From positions 2,914 to 66,913 of the forward strand of contig JAOTXU010000017.1 of assembly GCA_029862165.1 (NCBI GenBank): a stretch of 64,000 nucleotides of DNA, read 5' to 3'. Within the stretch, counting starts at the first letter, position 1. Every line of letters begins with the position of its first letter. Under the pieces are notes generated by a model, which was not told the DNA's origin, searched no databases, and saw only the letters and a program-made list of their open reading frames with translations. This stretch comes from Gammaproteobacteria bacterium. GTDB taxonomy: Bacteria > Pseudomonadota > Gammaproteobacteria > Steroidobacterales > JABDKV01. Below, in pieces: positions 1 through 8,033 of the stretch. A program made the translations under genes and the position numbers.

Positions 1-289
1 TTTGATAAACCTTGTCCAGGTCCGGTCGTTCTTCGCGATCGACTTTGATGTTGACAAACAACTGATTCATCAGCGAGGCAATAGCTTGATCTTCGAATGA
101 CTCATGCGCCATGACATGACACCAATGGCAAGCCGAGTAGCCGATTGACAGCAGCACGGGTTTGTTGGCTGAATGGGCCTGTTCCAGTGCTTCCGGACCC
201 CAAGGATGCCAATCCACCGGGTTTTGTGCGTGTTGCAGCAGATAGGGGCTGGTCTCGGTGCCCAGACGATTTGAGGTTTTTGGATGCAT
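1..289 (-). CDS. Thioredoxin-domain protein of the DUF255/YyaL-like family. Only the 5' part is present; the gene continues past the left edge.
   Basis: It is missing from the ORF track because the window edge truncates it. My translation of the minus strand from the ATG at 289..287 reads [85 protein letters not shown]. That is the conserved N-terminus of this family, including the CHWCH motif. The listed ORF 70..303 is in another frame. Confidence 0.8.
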   Translation of the reverse strand, partial: MHPKTSNRLGTETSPYLLQHAQNPVDWHPWGPEALEQAHSANKPVLLSIGYSACHWCHVMAHESFEDQAIASLMNQLFVNIKVDREERPDLDKVYQ

Positions 290-344
290 GATGAGCTGAG
301 CACCTTTAAAATAAGACTATACCGCTTGTGGGGCCAAAGACGTC

Positions 345-1553
345 ATGACAGAGAAAATAACCGAGCGTCTCAGGCATTTGCGCCTCAAGCGTCGCGAAGG
401 CCGGCGCATCCGCGCGGGGCATTTGTGGGTGTTTAGCAACGAGATCGATACGGACGCCACGCCACTGCGTCTGTTCGAGCCTGGCGAAGCGGTGTCTATC
501 CGCGGAGCCGACGGCCGATTTCTCGCCTATGGCTATGTTAATCCCCACTCATTGATCTGTGCACGCGTATTGAGTCGCGATCAGAAACATCCTCCGGATC
601 GTTCAATGCTCGTACATCGTCTGAAGATTGCTTTGTCGTTGCGGGAAAAACTGTTTGATCATCCCTGTTATCGCCTCGTTTTTGGTGACGGTGATTTACT
701 GCCGGGACTGGTTGTCGATCGCCACGGTGAGGTCTTGGTGGCGCAGCTTACAACGGCTGGAATGGAGCGCATGAAAGATGACGTACTGGCTGCTTTGCGC
801 AAAGTGATACGTCCCAAGGCGGTACTGTGGAGAAACGATAGCAGCGTCAGGAAACTCGAGGGATTGGAGTCCTATGTGGAACCGGCATACGGCAAGATTC
901 CGGAAACGGTTGAAATACGCGAAGGCAGGGCGCGTTTCGACATACCGCTGATGGGCGGCCAGAAGACCGGGTGGTACTACGATCAGCGTCTAAACCGTGA
1001 GCGTCTCAAGCCATATGTGCGGGACGCGCGTGTACTCGACGTTTACAGCTACGTTGGTGCTTTTGGTATCCAATGCAAAAAGCACGGTGCAGAAAGTGTA
1101 ATCTGCGTGGATTCATCTGCGCAGGCCCTGGAGTTTGCACAAACCAATGCCCGCAAGAACCGGGTCAGGGTCGAAACCTTGAAGGGCGATGCGGTCGAAG
1201 TCCTGCGCGACTTACGCAAGGAAAAAAGTCAGTTCGATGTCGTCATTCTGGATCCACCAGCCTTCGTAAAGAAAAAGAGGGATCTGGAGGCGGGACGTGA
1301 AGCCTACCGGCGCATCATCCAGAGCGGAATGCAACTGTTGGGTCGGGAAGGCTATTTGTTGGCCTGCTCATGTTCGTCTCACATGCCACAGAGCGAGTTA
1401 TTACAACTCGTGCAGCATGCCGCCCGGCACACCGGGCGCCACGCACAACTGATCGAGGTTGGTGGGCAGGCACCGGATCATCCCATACACCCGGCAATTC
1501 CGGAAACACGCTATCTGAAATCCTTGCTGTGTCGGCTAACCAGACAGCAGTGA
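345..1553 (+). CDS. rlmI: 23S rRNA m5C1962 methyltransferase RlmI (PUA-like N-terminus plus class I SAM methyltransferase)
   Basis: The 402-aa product is colinear with E. coli RlmI as I recall it. Shared strings include GHLWVFSNEI, DGLPGLVVDR, QKTGWYYDQR, VLDVYSYVGAFG, FDVVILDPPAF and a C-terminal YLK..LCRL. Confidence 0.85.
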   Translation: MTEKITERLRHLRLKRREGRRIRAGHLWVFSNEIDTDATPLRLFEPGEAVSIRGADGRFLAYGYVNPHSLICARVLSRDQKHPPDRSMLVHRLKIALSLREKLFDHPCYRLVFGDGDLLPGLVVDRHGEVLVAQLTTAGMERMKDDVLAALRKVIRPKAVLWRNDSSVRKLEGLESYVEPAYGKIPETVEIREGRARFDIPLMGGQKTGWYYDQRLNRERLKPYVRDARVLDVYSYVGAFGIQCKKHGAESVICVDSSAQALEFAQTNARKNRVRVETLKGDAVEVLRDLRKEKSQFDVVILDPPAFVKKKRDLEAGREAYRRIIQSGMQLLGREGYLLACSCSSHMPQSELLQLVQHAARHTGRHAQLIEVGGQAPDHPIHPAIPETRYLKSLLCRLTRQQ

Positions 1554-1569
1554 TACACTGACGCCCGCC

Positions 1570-2418
1570 GTGATTCGTTATCCCGAAATCGACAACGTCG
1601 TATTCAGTCTGGGCCCGCTGGATATCCATTGGTATGGAATAATGTACGTGTTTGGTTTCATTACGGCGTTCCTGCTATTACGTCATCGTGCGAACAAACC
1701 CGATTCCGGATGGGATCACGCGGCGGCCGAAGACCTGGTCTTTTACGGCATGTTGGGTTTGTTTCTAGGGGCCCGTATTTTTTACATGTTTGTGTATGGT
1801 TTGGATCAGCTAAAGGCTAATCCACTCAACATGTTTATGATCAAGCAAGGTGGCATGTCCTTCCACGGCGGTTTGATCGGCGTGATGTTAGCGATGTTGT
1901 GGTATGGCCGTCGTCATGAGCGCAGTTTTTTTGAAGTGACCGATTTTCTCGTACCGGCTATTCCGCCCGGGTTGTTTTTTGGGCGCATCGGGAATTTTAT
2001 CAACGGTGAATTGTGGGGTAAGCCAACCGATGTGCCGTGGGCTTTTTTCTATGACGGCACAGCGCGGCCGGACGTGGCACAGGTATTCGCCGATGGCCAG
2101 GCCCGTCATCCCTCGCAGCTCTACGAGGCCGGTCTCGAGGGGCTGGTCCTGTTCCTTATACTATGGGTGTATTCGAGCCGTCCCCGGCCGACCATGGCGG
2201 TGTCCGGTATCTTCTTGTTTTTATACGGACTTTTTCGGTTTCTCGTCGAATTTGTCCGGGTTCCGGACAGCCACATGGGCGAGGGCGGCTATCTGGCCTT
2301 TGGCTGGCTGACGACAGGCCAGATACTGACCGCACCCATGGTGCTACTCGGCCTGATTCTGATTATTCTGGCTTACACACGCGGTGACACCGTGAGACCT
2401 GAAAAGGCAACGCAATGA
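1570..2418 (+). CDS. lgt: Prolipoprotein diacylglyceryl transferase
   Basis: GTG start, 282 aa. Lgt signatures are present: [33 protein letters not shown] and HPSQLYE. It is a polytopic membrane protein, and its stop overlaps the thyA start (ATGA). Confidence 0.93.
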   Translation: MIRYPEIDNVVFSLGPLDIHWYGIMYVFGFITAFLLLRHRANKPDSGWDHAAAEDLVFYGMLGLFLGARIFYMFVYGLDQLKANPLNMFMIKQGGMSFHGGLIGVMLAMLWYGRRHERSFFEVTDFLVPAIPPGLFFGRIGNFINGELWGKPTDVPWAFFYDGTARPDVAQVFADGQARHPSQLYEAGLEGLVLFLILWVYSSRPRPTMAVSGIFLFLYGLFRFLVEFVRVPDSHMGEGGYLAFGWLTTGQILTAPMVLLGLILIILAYTRGDTVRPEKATQ

Positions 2419-3209
2419 AACAGTATTTGGAAATGATGCAACACGTGCTGGATAGCGGTGTGAAAAAAACCGACCGAACCGGTACGGGCACACTAAGTGT
2501 TTTCGGTTATCAGATGCGATTCGATTTGCAACAGGGCTTTCCTCTGGTAACCACAAAGAAATTACATCTGCGTTCGATCATTCACGAGTTGTTGTGGTTT
2601 TTGCGTGGTGACACCAACATCGGTTATCTAAATCAGAACGGTGTGCGCATCTGGAATGAATGGGCCGATGGGGATGGCGAGCTGGGACCGGTTTATGGTG
2701 CGCAATGGCGATCCTGGCCGGCGGCAAACGGTGAATGCATTGACCAGATTGATCGCGTCGTGACCCAGATTCGAACGCAGCCGGATTCGCGCCGCATGAT
2801 TGTGAGCGCCTGGAATGTATCCGATCTCGATAGCATGGCATTGCCACCGTGTCATATGCTATTTCAGTTCTATGTGGCCGACGGGCTTTTGTCTTGTCAG
2901 TTGTATCAACGCAGTGCCGATGTTTTTCTTGGTGTTCCCTTCAACATCGCATCTTATGCACTGCTGACTCATATGCTGGCACAACAGTGCGACCTTGAGC
3001 CCGGTGAATTCATCTGGACCGGTGGAGATTGTCATTTGTACAGCAATCACATGGAACAGACCTTGCAGCAGTTGTCACGTGAGCCTTATCCACCGCCCAA
3101 ACTGGTCATAGCACGTCGCCCGGACAGTATTTTCGACTATCGCTACGAAGATTTCCTAATCGAAAACTATCAGTCGCATGCCGGAATCAAGGCCGCCGTC
3201 GCGGTCTGA
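2415..3209 (+). CDS. thyA: Thymidylate synthase (ThyA type)
   Basis: 264 aa, with [38 protein letters not shown], the active-site PPCH and [23 protein letters not shown]. Confidence 0.97.
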   Translation: MKQYLEMMQHVLDSGVKKTDRTGTGTLSVFGYQMRFDLQQGFPLVTTKKLHLRSIIHELLWFLRGDTNIGYLNQNGVRIWNEWADGDGELGPVYGAQWRSWPAANGECIDQIDRVVTQIRTQPDSRRMIVSAWNVSDLDSMALPPCHMLFQFYVADGLLSCQLYQRSADVFLGVPFNIASYALLTHMLAQQCDLEPGEFIWTGGDCHLYSNHMEQTLQQLSREPYPPPKLVIARRPDSIFDYRYEDFLIENYQSHAGIKAAVAV

Positions 3210-3235
3210 AGCAGGTCGAAGCGATTTCTATTTCC

Positions 3236-3709
3236 TTGATCGTCGCCATGACGCCGGAGCGGGTGATCGGCCGCGACGGGAAGATGCCGTGGCATTTGTC
3301 GGCAGATCTCAAACATTTCAAGGCGACCACGATGGGCAAACCCATTGTCATGGGTCGCAAAACTTATGATTCTATCGGCAGACCATTGCCCGGCAGACAC
3401 AATATCGTCATTACACGCAACCAGGACTTTTCTGCCGAGGGTGTGACAGCCGCGAATTCCCTGGACGACGCATTGCTCAACGCCGGAGATGTGCCGGAGA
3501 TAATGATTATCGGTGGTGCCCGACTCTATGAGTCAGCTCTACCGATGGCGCAACGCCTTTACGTCACACAAGTACTTGCCAGGATTCCCGGCGATACTTT
3601 TTTCCCGCAAGTGGACTGGACCCGGTGGCGCATCGTCCGGCGATCTGCGACCCAGTCAGACGACGGCTTAAGTTTCTATTTTTCAGTTTACGAAAAACGC
3701 GCGTCGTAA
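3236..3709 (+). CDS. folA: Dihydrofolate reductase
   Basis: DHFR motifs are present: VIGRDGKMPW, LKHFKATTMGKPIVMGRKTYDSIG, PLPGRHNIVITR and IIGGARLYE. The start is uncertain. TTG at 3236 comes from the ORF track, and the in-frame upstream codons (..AISIS) also resemble the DHFR N-terminus. Confidence 0.9.
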   Translation: MIVAMTPERVIGRDGKMPWHLSADLKHFKATTMGKPIVMGRKTYDSIGRPLPGRHNIVITRNQDFSAEGVTAANSLDDALLNAGDVPEIMIIGGARLYESALPMAQRLYVTQVLARIPGDTFFPQVDWTRWRIVRRSATQSDDGLSFYFSVYEKRAS

Positions 3710-3763
3710 TCTGGTGCCAGTGACCCGATGCGGTAGTCTGTGTCGCAGCGCGGATCGCGCGAA

Positions 3764-5128
3764 CTAGTCTTCCGAATCAGCCGTGGCAGATTGCTCTTGC
3801 TTGGCGGATGCTTCGGCCGCCTGTAACCGGCCCGTCAACAGTTTGACAAATTGATCACCGGGCAGCGGCCCGGTCGTGGTACCCCTGCCTTCGTGAATAA
3901 TGACAAACGTCGGGGCCCTCGTGATCAAGCCTTGCGCGTCGTAAAGATCTTTGACGACACGCTCGAGTCCTTGACGGCTCTCGAAACAGCCGCGAAATTT
4001 TTGCATGTCGAGTTCGAGGTCTTCGGCCAACGCAAGCAATGCAGCATCGGCATTCTCATTAGCCCATTGTTCGGAATCGGCATGCAGCCGGCCGTGCATC
4101 TGCCAGTATTGCTGCTGATCACCGGCGCATTCAGCGGCCACGGCCGCAACGAGCGCATGCTCGTGTACCCGTAGCGGTAATTGCTTGTCGACCCACAGCA
4201 CTTTGCCCGGGTCGACGAGTTCCTTGTCGATAACGGGTTGCGCTTCGAGCGTATGCTTCTGGCAGGCCGGGCACTGAAAGTCATTGAACTCGACGACCAC
4301 CACCTGTGCTTCGGGGTTGCCCTTGTATGCGTCGCCGGCCATCGTGAAGCCGGGCCGTTCGGGATCGGGGGCGAGACCCTCGGCTTTGGCCCACAGCGGC
4401 AGCTCGGGCGGCGCGGGCTTTGGATCCTCGGGCGGTGCTTCGCCGGCAATCAGCGCATCGGCATAACGCGCAAATCGCGCCAACGGATGCGCACCGCTCA
4501 TTTCGTAAGTTTTGTCGCTGCCGGTTGAGAGAAAGCGAAAACTGGGTGTGCCGTTGTAGCCAAGACCGCGACCCTCTTCGACGCTGGCCGTTACTTGTGC
4601 CGCTATGGAGCCCTCGGCAATGCAGGCTTTGTATTTCTGCATATCGGCGCCGAATTCTTCCGCCACGCCAGCCAGAAAATCACTTGGATCGGGCAGCCGG
4701 TTCCACTCGCCCTGTCGAGCAAACAAGGCATCGTGCATTTTCCAGTACGCCGCGGCGCCCTGCTGGCCGACACAGTTCGTGGCGACGTGCCCAACGGCCG
4801 CAGTCGGATGCAGGCCCTCAAGCGGCAGGTCACGGAACACGAGCTTGAGCTGGCCGGTGCGCACATACTGATCGAGCAACGCCGGCACTGTCTGACGGAA
4901 ATGCCGGCCGCAGAACGGGCATAGATAATCGCTCCACTCCTCCAGCGTGACCGGCGCATCCACCTTGCCGATAAACGGGTGGCCCGCATCCGTGAAACCG
5001 ACAGGCATGTCGTCGTGGGTTGCCGACTGTGCCGTCGTGTCTTGCGCGGTGATGTCCTGTGCGCACGCAATTAGCACAATCAGCATCATCACAGACAATA
5101 CACTGTCTTTTAATAGATAAATCTTCAT
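3764..5128 (-). CDS. Lipoprotein with two tandem DsbA-like thioredoxin-fold domains
   Basis: The signal peptide ends in a lipobox (VLIAC). Two DsbA-type modules follow, each with its own CxxC (..DYLCPFCGRH.. and ..DFQCPACQKH..) and a conserved GTPSF / APTF cis-Pro loop region. Confidence 0.75.
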   Translation of the reverse strand: MKIYLLKDSVLSVMMLIVLIACAQDITAQDTTAQSATHDDMPVGFTDAGHPFIGKVDAPVTLEEWSDYLCPFCGRHFRQTVPALLDQYVRTGQLKLVFRDLPLEGLHPTAAVGHVATNCVGQQGAAAYWKMHDALFARQGEWNRLPDPSDFLAGVAEEFGADMQKYKACIAEGSIAAQVTASVEEGRGLGYNGTPSFRFLSTGSDKTYEMSGAHPLARFARYADALIAGEAPPEDPKPAPPELPLWAKAEGLAPDPERPGFTMAGDAYKGNPEAQVVVVEFNDFQCPACQKHTLEAQPVIDKELVDPGKVLWVDKQLPLRVHEHALVAAVAAECAGDQQQYWQMHGRLHADSEQWANENADAALLALAEDLELDMQKFRGCFESRQGLERVVKDLYDAQGLITRAPTFVIIHEGRGTTTGPLPGDQFVKLLTGRLQAAEASAKQEQSATADSED

Positions 5129-5180
5129 AAACTTACGCCATCAAATCCCTGCAAGCACAATACGGTCTGCTTGCCGCAAA

Positions 5181-5213
5181 GAAAAGGGGCCGGGATTTCC
5201 CCGGCCCCTGTGG
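5181..5213 (-). terminator. Rho-independent terminator after the 5286..7538 gene
   Basis: A 9-bp GC stem (GGGGCCGGG 5186-5194 pairing with CCCGGCCCC 5200-5208) has the loop ATTTC. On the minus strand it is followed by TTTTCTTTG. Confidence 0.7.
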
Positions 5214-5285
5214 TTTTAACCCGGCAGCTTGCTACTCATGCCTCCTTGCGAGCGAAAACTGCCGCGCCTGGACTTTCCGCCGAGG

Positions 5286-7538
5286 CTACTCGATCGTCAC
5301 CGTCGCGTCGTCGGACGGATCCGGAGAAACCGGTGTCGTCTCATCGTCCTCAAGCTGGCCCGTCACGGTGTCCGTCACTGTTGCCGTGCCGTCCGGACTG
5401 TCGATCACCGCATCGAACGAGCAGGAAACTGAGTCGCCATTGCTAGCCGGGATGACTGTGTCCAATTCGTCACACGTATTATTGGAAATGTTGGGGTTGT
5501 TCGAGTCTAACAAGTCCCCATAGGGCGTGTCAGTGAGGCTGATCAACGTCAATGGATCCGTATCGACCGAAAGGTTGTCAATAGTCACCCGGTAACTAAC
5601 GACTGCCTTCGTCACGATCTTCGTCACTGCTGCCGCTGGGTCGACGTTGTTGAAGTTGACAGCCGCGACGTCCATTGCGCTTACGGGCACATTGTCATCG
5701 TCCACACCGGAGGCGGTTCCGGTATTGTCAATCATGTCACCCACGTTCCCTTCCACAGGCACCGTCACCGAACAGCTATACATGCCGCCGGGGGCCAACA
5801 CTACGGGGGGCGTGACTACGTCGCAGTCACCCTGACCCTGCAGATCCATTAGCACGTCGTCGGTCAAGCTGTCGATAGTCACCGTATCCACCGTAGAGGT
5901 GTTGGTGACCTTGTACGTGTAGGTAACGTTGCCACGTGGTTCATTAACACAACCTGGACCGTCGACGCTGCCCATATCATCGCACAGCGGTGTTACCGTC
6001 TTCAATAACGTGATCATCGACGGCACGTCCACCACGGTGATAAGTGCGGTGTCCATGACGGGGCCTACACTAATTCCGTCATCGTCCACACCGGAGGCGG
6101 TTCCCTCATTGGGAATCGTATCACCCGCGTTGCCAGTCAAAGCCACCGTCACGGAGCAGCTATACATGCCGCCAGCTGCCAACTCTACGGCCGGGGTTAC
6201 GTCACAGTCACCCTGACCATCCAGATCGAGGAGCTGGTCATCGGTCAAGCTGTCGATGAACACCGTATCCACGTCAGAGGTGTTAGTGACCTTGTACGTA
6301 TAGGTAACGTCGCCACCCGGTTCCAGAATTTCAGTCGGGTTTCCCGTGCAGTTCAGCGCGTCTGAGCAAGCGGCCGTCTTCATAATCGAAATCGACGACG
6401 GATCATTGAGAATGTCCACCGTAGCAGGATCGGATCCCGTTACAGTCCTACCCTCAGAATCGGTCCCGGAGACATTGACCGTATCGGTGATACTGTCTAG
6501 GTAATTCCCCGAAATGGCCCGTATGAACGTGCACGTCGTAAACTCGCCCGGGCCCAATAACAAATCCGGATCATCACAGGTTGACGATATATCTGTGACT
6601 ATCATCCCGTCACTCAATTCGTCGTCAAGAATGGAATCTAGTTGGACGTCAGCGAACGGCGATGGATTTGTGATTGTCACAGTAAACGTCGCGTCGCCAC
6701 CCGGCTCAACCAAACAACCTGGGCCGTCAACATCTCCCGCAGGATCGCACAGCGGTGTAACCGTCTTGAGCACGTCCAGCTGAGTGACTGGCACCTCGAT
6801 AGGCAGGGTGAAGCCTATGTCGCAACGGCACTTCGACGGTGATCCCGGAAAGGCATCGAGCGGGCTCGTGCAAAGCTCGTTTGCGCCAAACTGCCGCCAA
6901 CTCGTGCAGTTCGGCAGATTCAACAGGCCGTCACCATCCGGATCGATGCATTTTGTTGTCAATGTGATCGTTGGATTCAGCGGATTATGACCGGGCTTAT
7001 CGATGTCGCCGCAAGTGTCCTGAATCAGGCCATTCGGATCGTCATCCTTGCCATCAAGATCCAACCACGGTTGGTCCGGTGTGAAAGGCATCACCGTGAT
7101 AGCACATTGCCCGGTAAGGGCGCCGTCCATGTTGGGATCGCCATCGACCGCCCAGTAGATCCCAACGTCGTGCCGCCGTTTGGCGGTGGTTATAACGTCG
7201 AATGTCGCGATGAATGTCACGGTATCACCCGGAAAGGCGCAGCCACCGTCTGGGTCCAGGATCTCGATGTCAGGCACGCCCGGCATCCCGTCTTTGTCGG
7301 CAACGCCGGCAACCTGGATGTCATTGGCGTTACAATTAAGGTCCCCAGGAAATATGTCATCCATACACCCATTGATACAGGTAGCTGGGTCGGTTGGGTC
7401 TCCTGCACACATCGATTGCGCGTTCGCGGTTGGCACCGCTATTAACATAATAACGGGCAGCAGCACCGCGAAAATCACAGCCTGCCCGAGAGAGCGCAGC
7501 GCAACTTGTTGAATTGTAACTCGTTTAGTTGTTATCAT
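5286..7538 (-). CDS. Secreted Cys-rich protein with four tandem ~125-aa beta-sandwich-type repeats (DUF11 / conserved-repeat-domain-like)
   Basis: 750 aa. An N-terminal signal peptide (..VPTANA|QS) is followed by a ~210-aa Cys/Asp-rich region with DxDGD-like motifs. Then come four repeats, each carrying VTYTYKVTNTS / IDSLTDD / GQGDCDV / GGMYSCSVTV / GTASGVDDD-type strings. I did not recognise a C-terminal anchor. Confidence 0.6.
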   Translation of the reverse strand: MITTKRVTIQQVALRSLGQAVIFAVLLPVIMLIAVPTANAQSMCAGDPTDPATCINGCMDDIFPGDLNCNANDIQVAGVADKDGMPGVPDIEILDPDGGCAFPGDTVTFIATFDVITTAKRRHDVGIYWAVDGDPNMDGALTGQCAITVMPFTPDQPWLDLDGKDDDPNGLIQDTCGDIDKPGHNPLNPTITLTTKCIDPDGDGLLNLPNCTSWRQFGANELCTSPLDAFPGSPSKCRCDIGFTLPIEVPVTQLDVLKTVTPLCDPAGDVDGPGCLVEPGGDATFTVTITNPSPFADVQLDSILDDELSDGMIVTDISSTCDDPDLLLGPGEFTTCTFIRAISGNYLDSITDTVNVSGTDSEGRTVTGSDPATVDILNDPSSISIMKTAACSDALNCTGNPTEILEPGGDVTYTYKVTNTSDVDTVFIDSLTDDQLLDLDGQGDCDVTPAVELAAGGMYSCSVTVALTGNAGDTIPNEGTASGVDDDGISVGPVMDTALITVVDVPSMITLLKTVTPLCDDMGSVDGPGCVNEPRGNVTYTYKVTNTSTVDTVTIDSLTDDVLMDLQGQGDCDVVTPPVVLAPGGMYSCSVTVPVEGNVGDMIDNTGTASGVDDDNVPVSAMDVAAVNFNNVDPAAAVTKIVTKAVVSYRVTIDNLSVDTDPLTLISLTDTPYGDLLDSNNPNISNNTCDELDTVIPASNGDSVSCSFDAVIDSPDGTATVTDTVTGQLEDDETTPVSPDPSDDATVTIE
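5289..6779 (-). repeat. Intragenic tandem domain repeats; the two central units are near-identical with a 384-bp offset
   Basis: The string gtcatcgtccacaccggaggcggttcc occurs at 5694 and again at 6078, an offset of 384 bp (128 codons). Repeat boundaries fall at roughly aa 254, 379, 504 and 632. Confidence 0.8.
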
Positions 7539-7821
7539 TCCCTTCCCCCAATCAGTTCTTGTGTTAATTGATTGATATCGACGCCCCTTTTTTGAATGCC
7601 ATCTGGGATGGCAACTTATGTAAAAGAGGAGCGTTTACGCCCCAAATGTAGTTCAGGTCGACCGATTTTTCCAGCGTGAAATGACACTTTTTGGAGAGCA
7701 TGTGTTGACCCAATCCGATGTCCGGCGGAGCGAGGCTTTGGGGCGTCCAACATTAAACCCACGTCTTATGTCAAAACCCTAGACGTGTCAAAGGATTATG
7801 AAAAAGCCCGGGTTCCAAAAA

Positions 7822-7837
7822 TGTGACGTCCGTCACA
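7822..7837. promoter_or_regulatory. CRP/Vfr-type binding site with perfect half-sites: TGTGA-cgtccg-TCACA
   Basis: This is an exact match to both consensus half-sites at the canonical 6-bp spacing. It lies in the 495-bp divergent intergenic region. A -10-like TACACT at 7858-7863 would put a transcription start near 7870, about 41 bp from the site centre, which is class II geometry. Confidence 0.55.
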
Positions 7838-7875
7838 GGTCGCGAGCCTCACGGCGCTACACTGCATCATAAGAT

Positions 7876-7965
7876 CTCGCCCGATAACGGCAAACTCCGA
7901 GTGATCGGAGGACGCAAATCCACGGGTCCCAGGAAATGTGGGATGGCCGGGTTACCGAAGGTGAG
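7876..7965 (+). promoter_or_regulatory. Candidate c-di-GMP-I (GEMM-I) riboswitch aptamer in the 5' leader of the 8034..8477 gene
   Basis: The conserved GEMM-I blocks appear in the canonical order:
- GGCAAAC (7889-7895).
- Hairpin CTCCGA-GTGA-TCGGAG (7895-7910) with a GNRA loop.
- GACGCAAATCC (7911-7921).
- Second hairpin ACGGG-TCCCA-ggaaatg-TGGGA-tgg-CCG (7922-7949).
- GGGTTACCGAAGG (7949-7961).
- Closing helix CTCGCC+CGATAAC (7876-7888) pairing with GTTACCG..GGTGAG (7951-7965).
The comparison is to my memory of the V. cholerae Vc2 aptamer. No covariance model was run. Confidence 0.7.
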
Positions 7966-7998
7966 AAAGCCTGAATGCACGGGCTCGGTGTCGGGATC

Positions 7999-8028
7999 TT
8001 TCCTTGATTTAGTTTCAGGAAAAGGAAA
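7999..8028 (+). promoter_or_regulatory. Possible SD-sequestering hairpin (expression platform)
   Basis: TTTCCTT (7999-8005) is the exact complement of the Shine-Dalgarno AAGGAAA (8022-8028), which lies 5 nt upstream of the ATG at 8034. The loop is 16 nt. Confidence 0.35.
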
Positions 8029-8033
8029 CCCCT

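Noticed and set aside
70-303. ORF-track entry on the minus strand (77 aa, [11 protein letters not shown]...).
   Set aside because: It is in the wrong frame. The adjacent frame, starting at 289, encodes a clearly conserved thioredoxin-domain (DUF255) N-terminus that runs off the window edge. The listed ORF is a shadow of it.
3925-5070. Several 100-175-aa ORFs on both strands inside the tandem-DsbA gene.
   Set aside because: They are nested in a gene with two clear thioredoxin modules. Their composition is typical of out-of-frame translation.
7734-7748. The minus strand reads GGACGCCCCAAAGCC, reminiscent of the GEMM-I GACGCAAAGCC core. It could have been a second riboswitch serving the divergent 750-aa gene.
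   Set aside because: The other required elements are absent around it: the GCAAA junction, a GNRA-capped hairpin, a GGGUUACC strand and a closing helix. The core itself carries an insertion.
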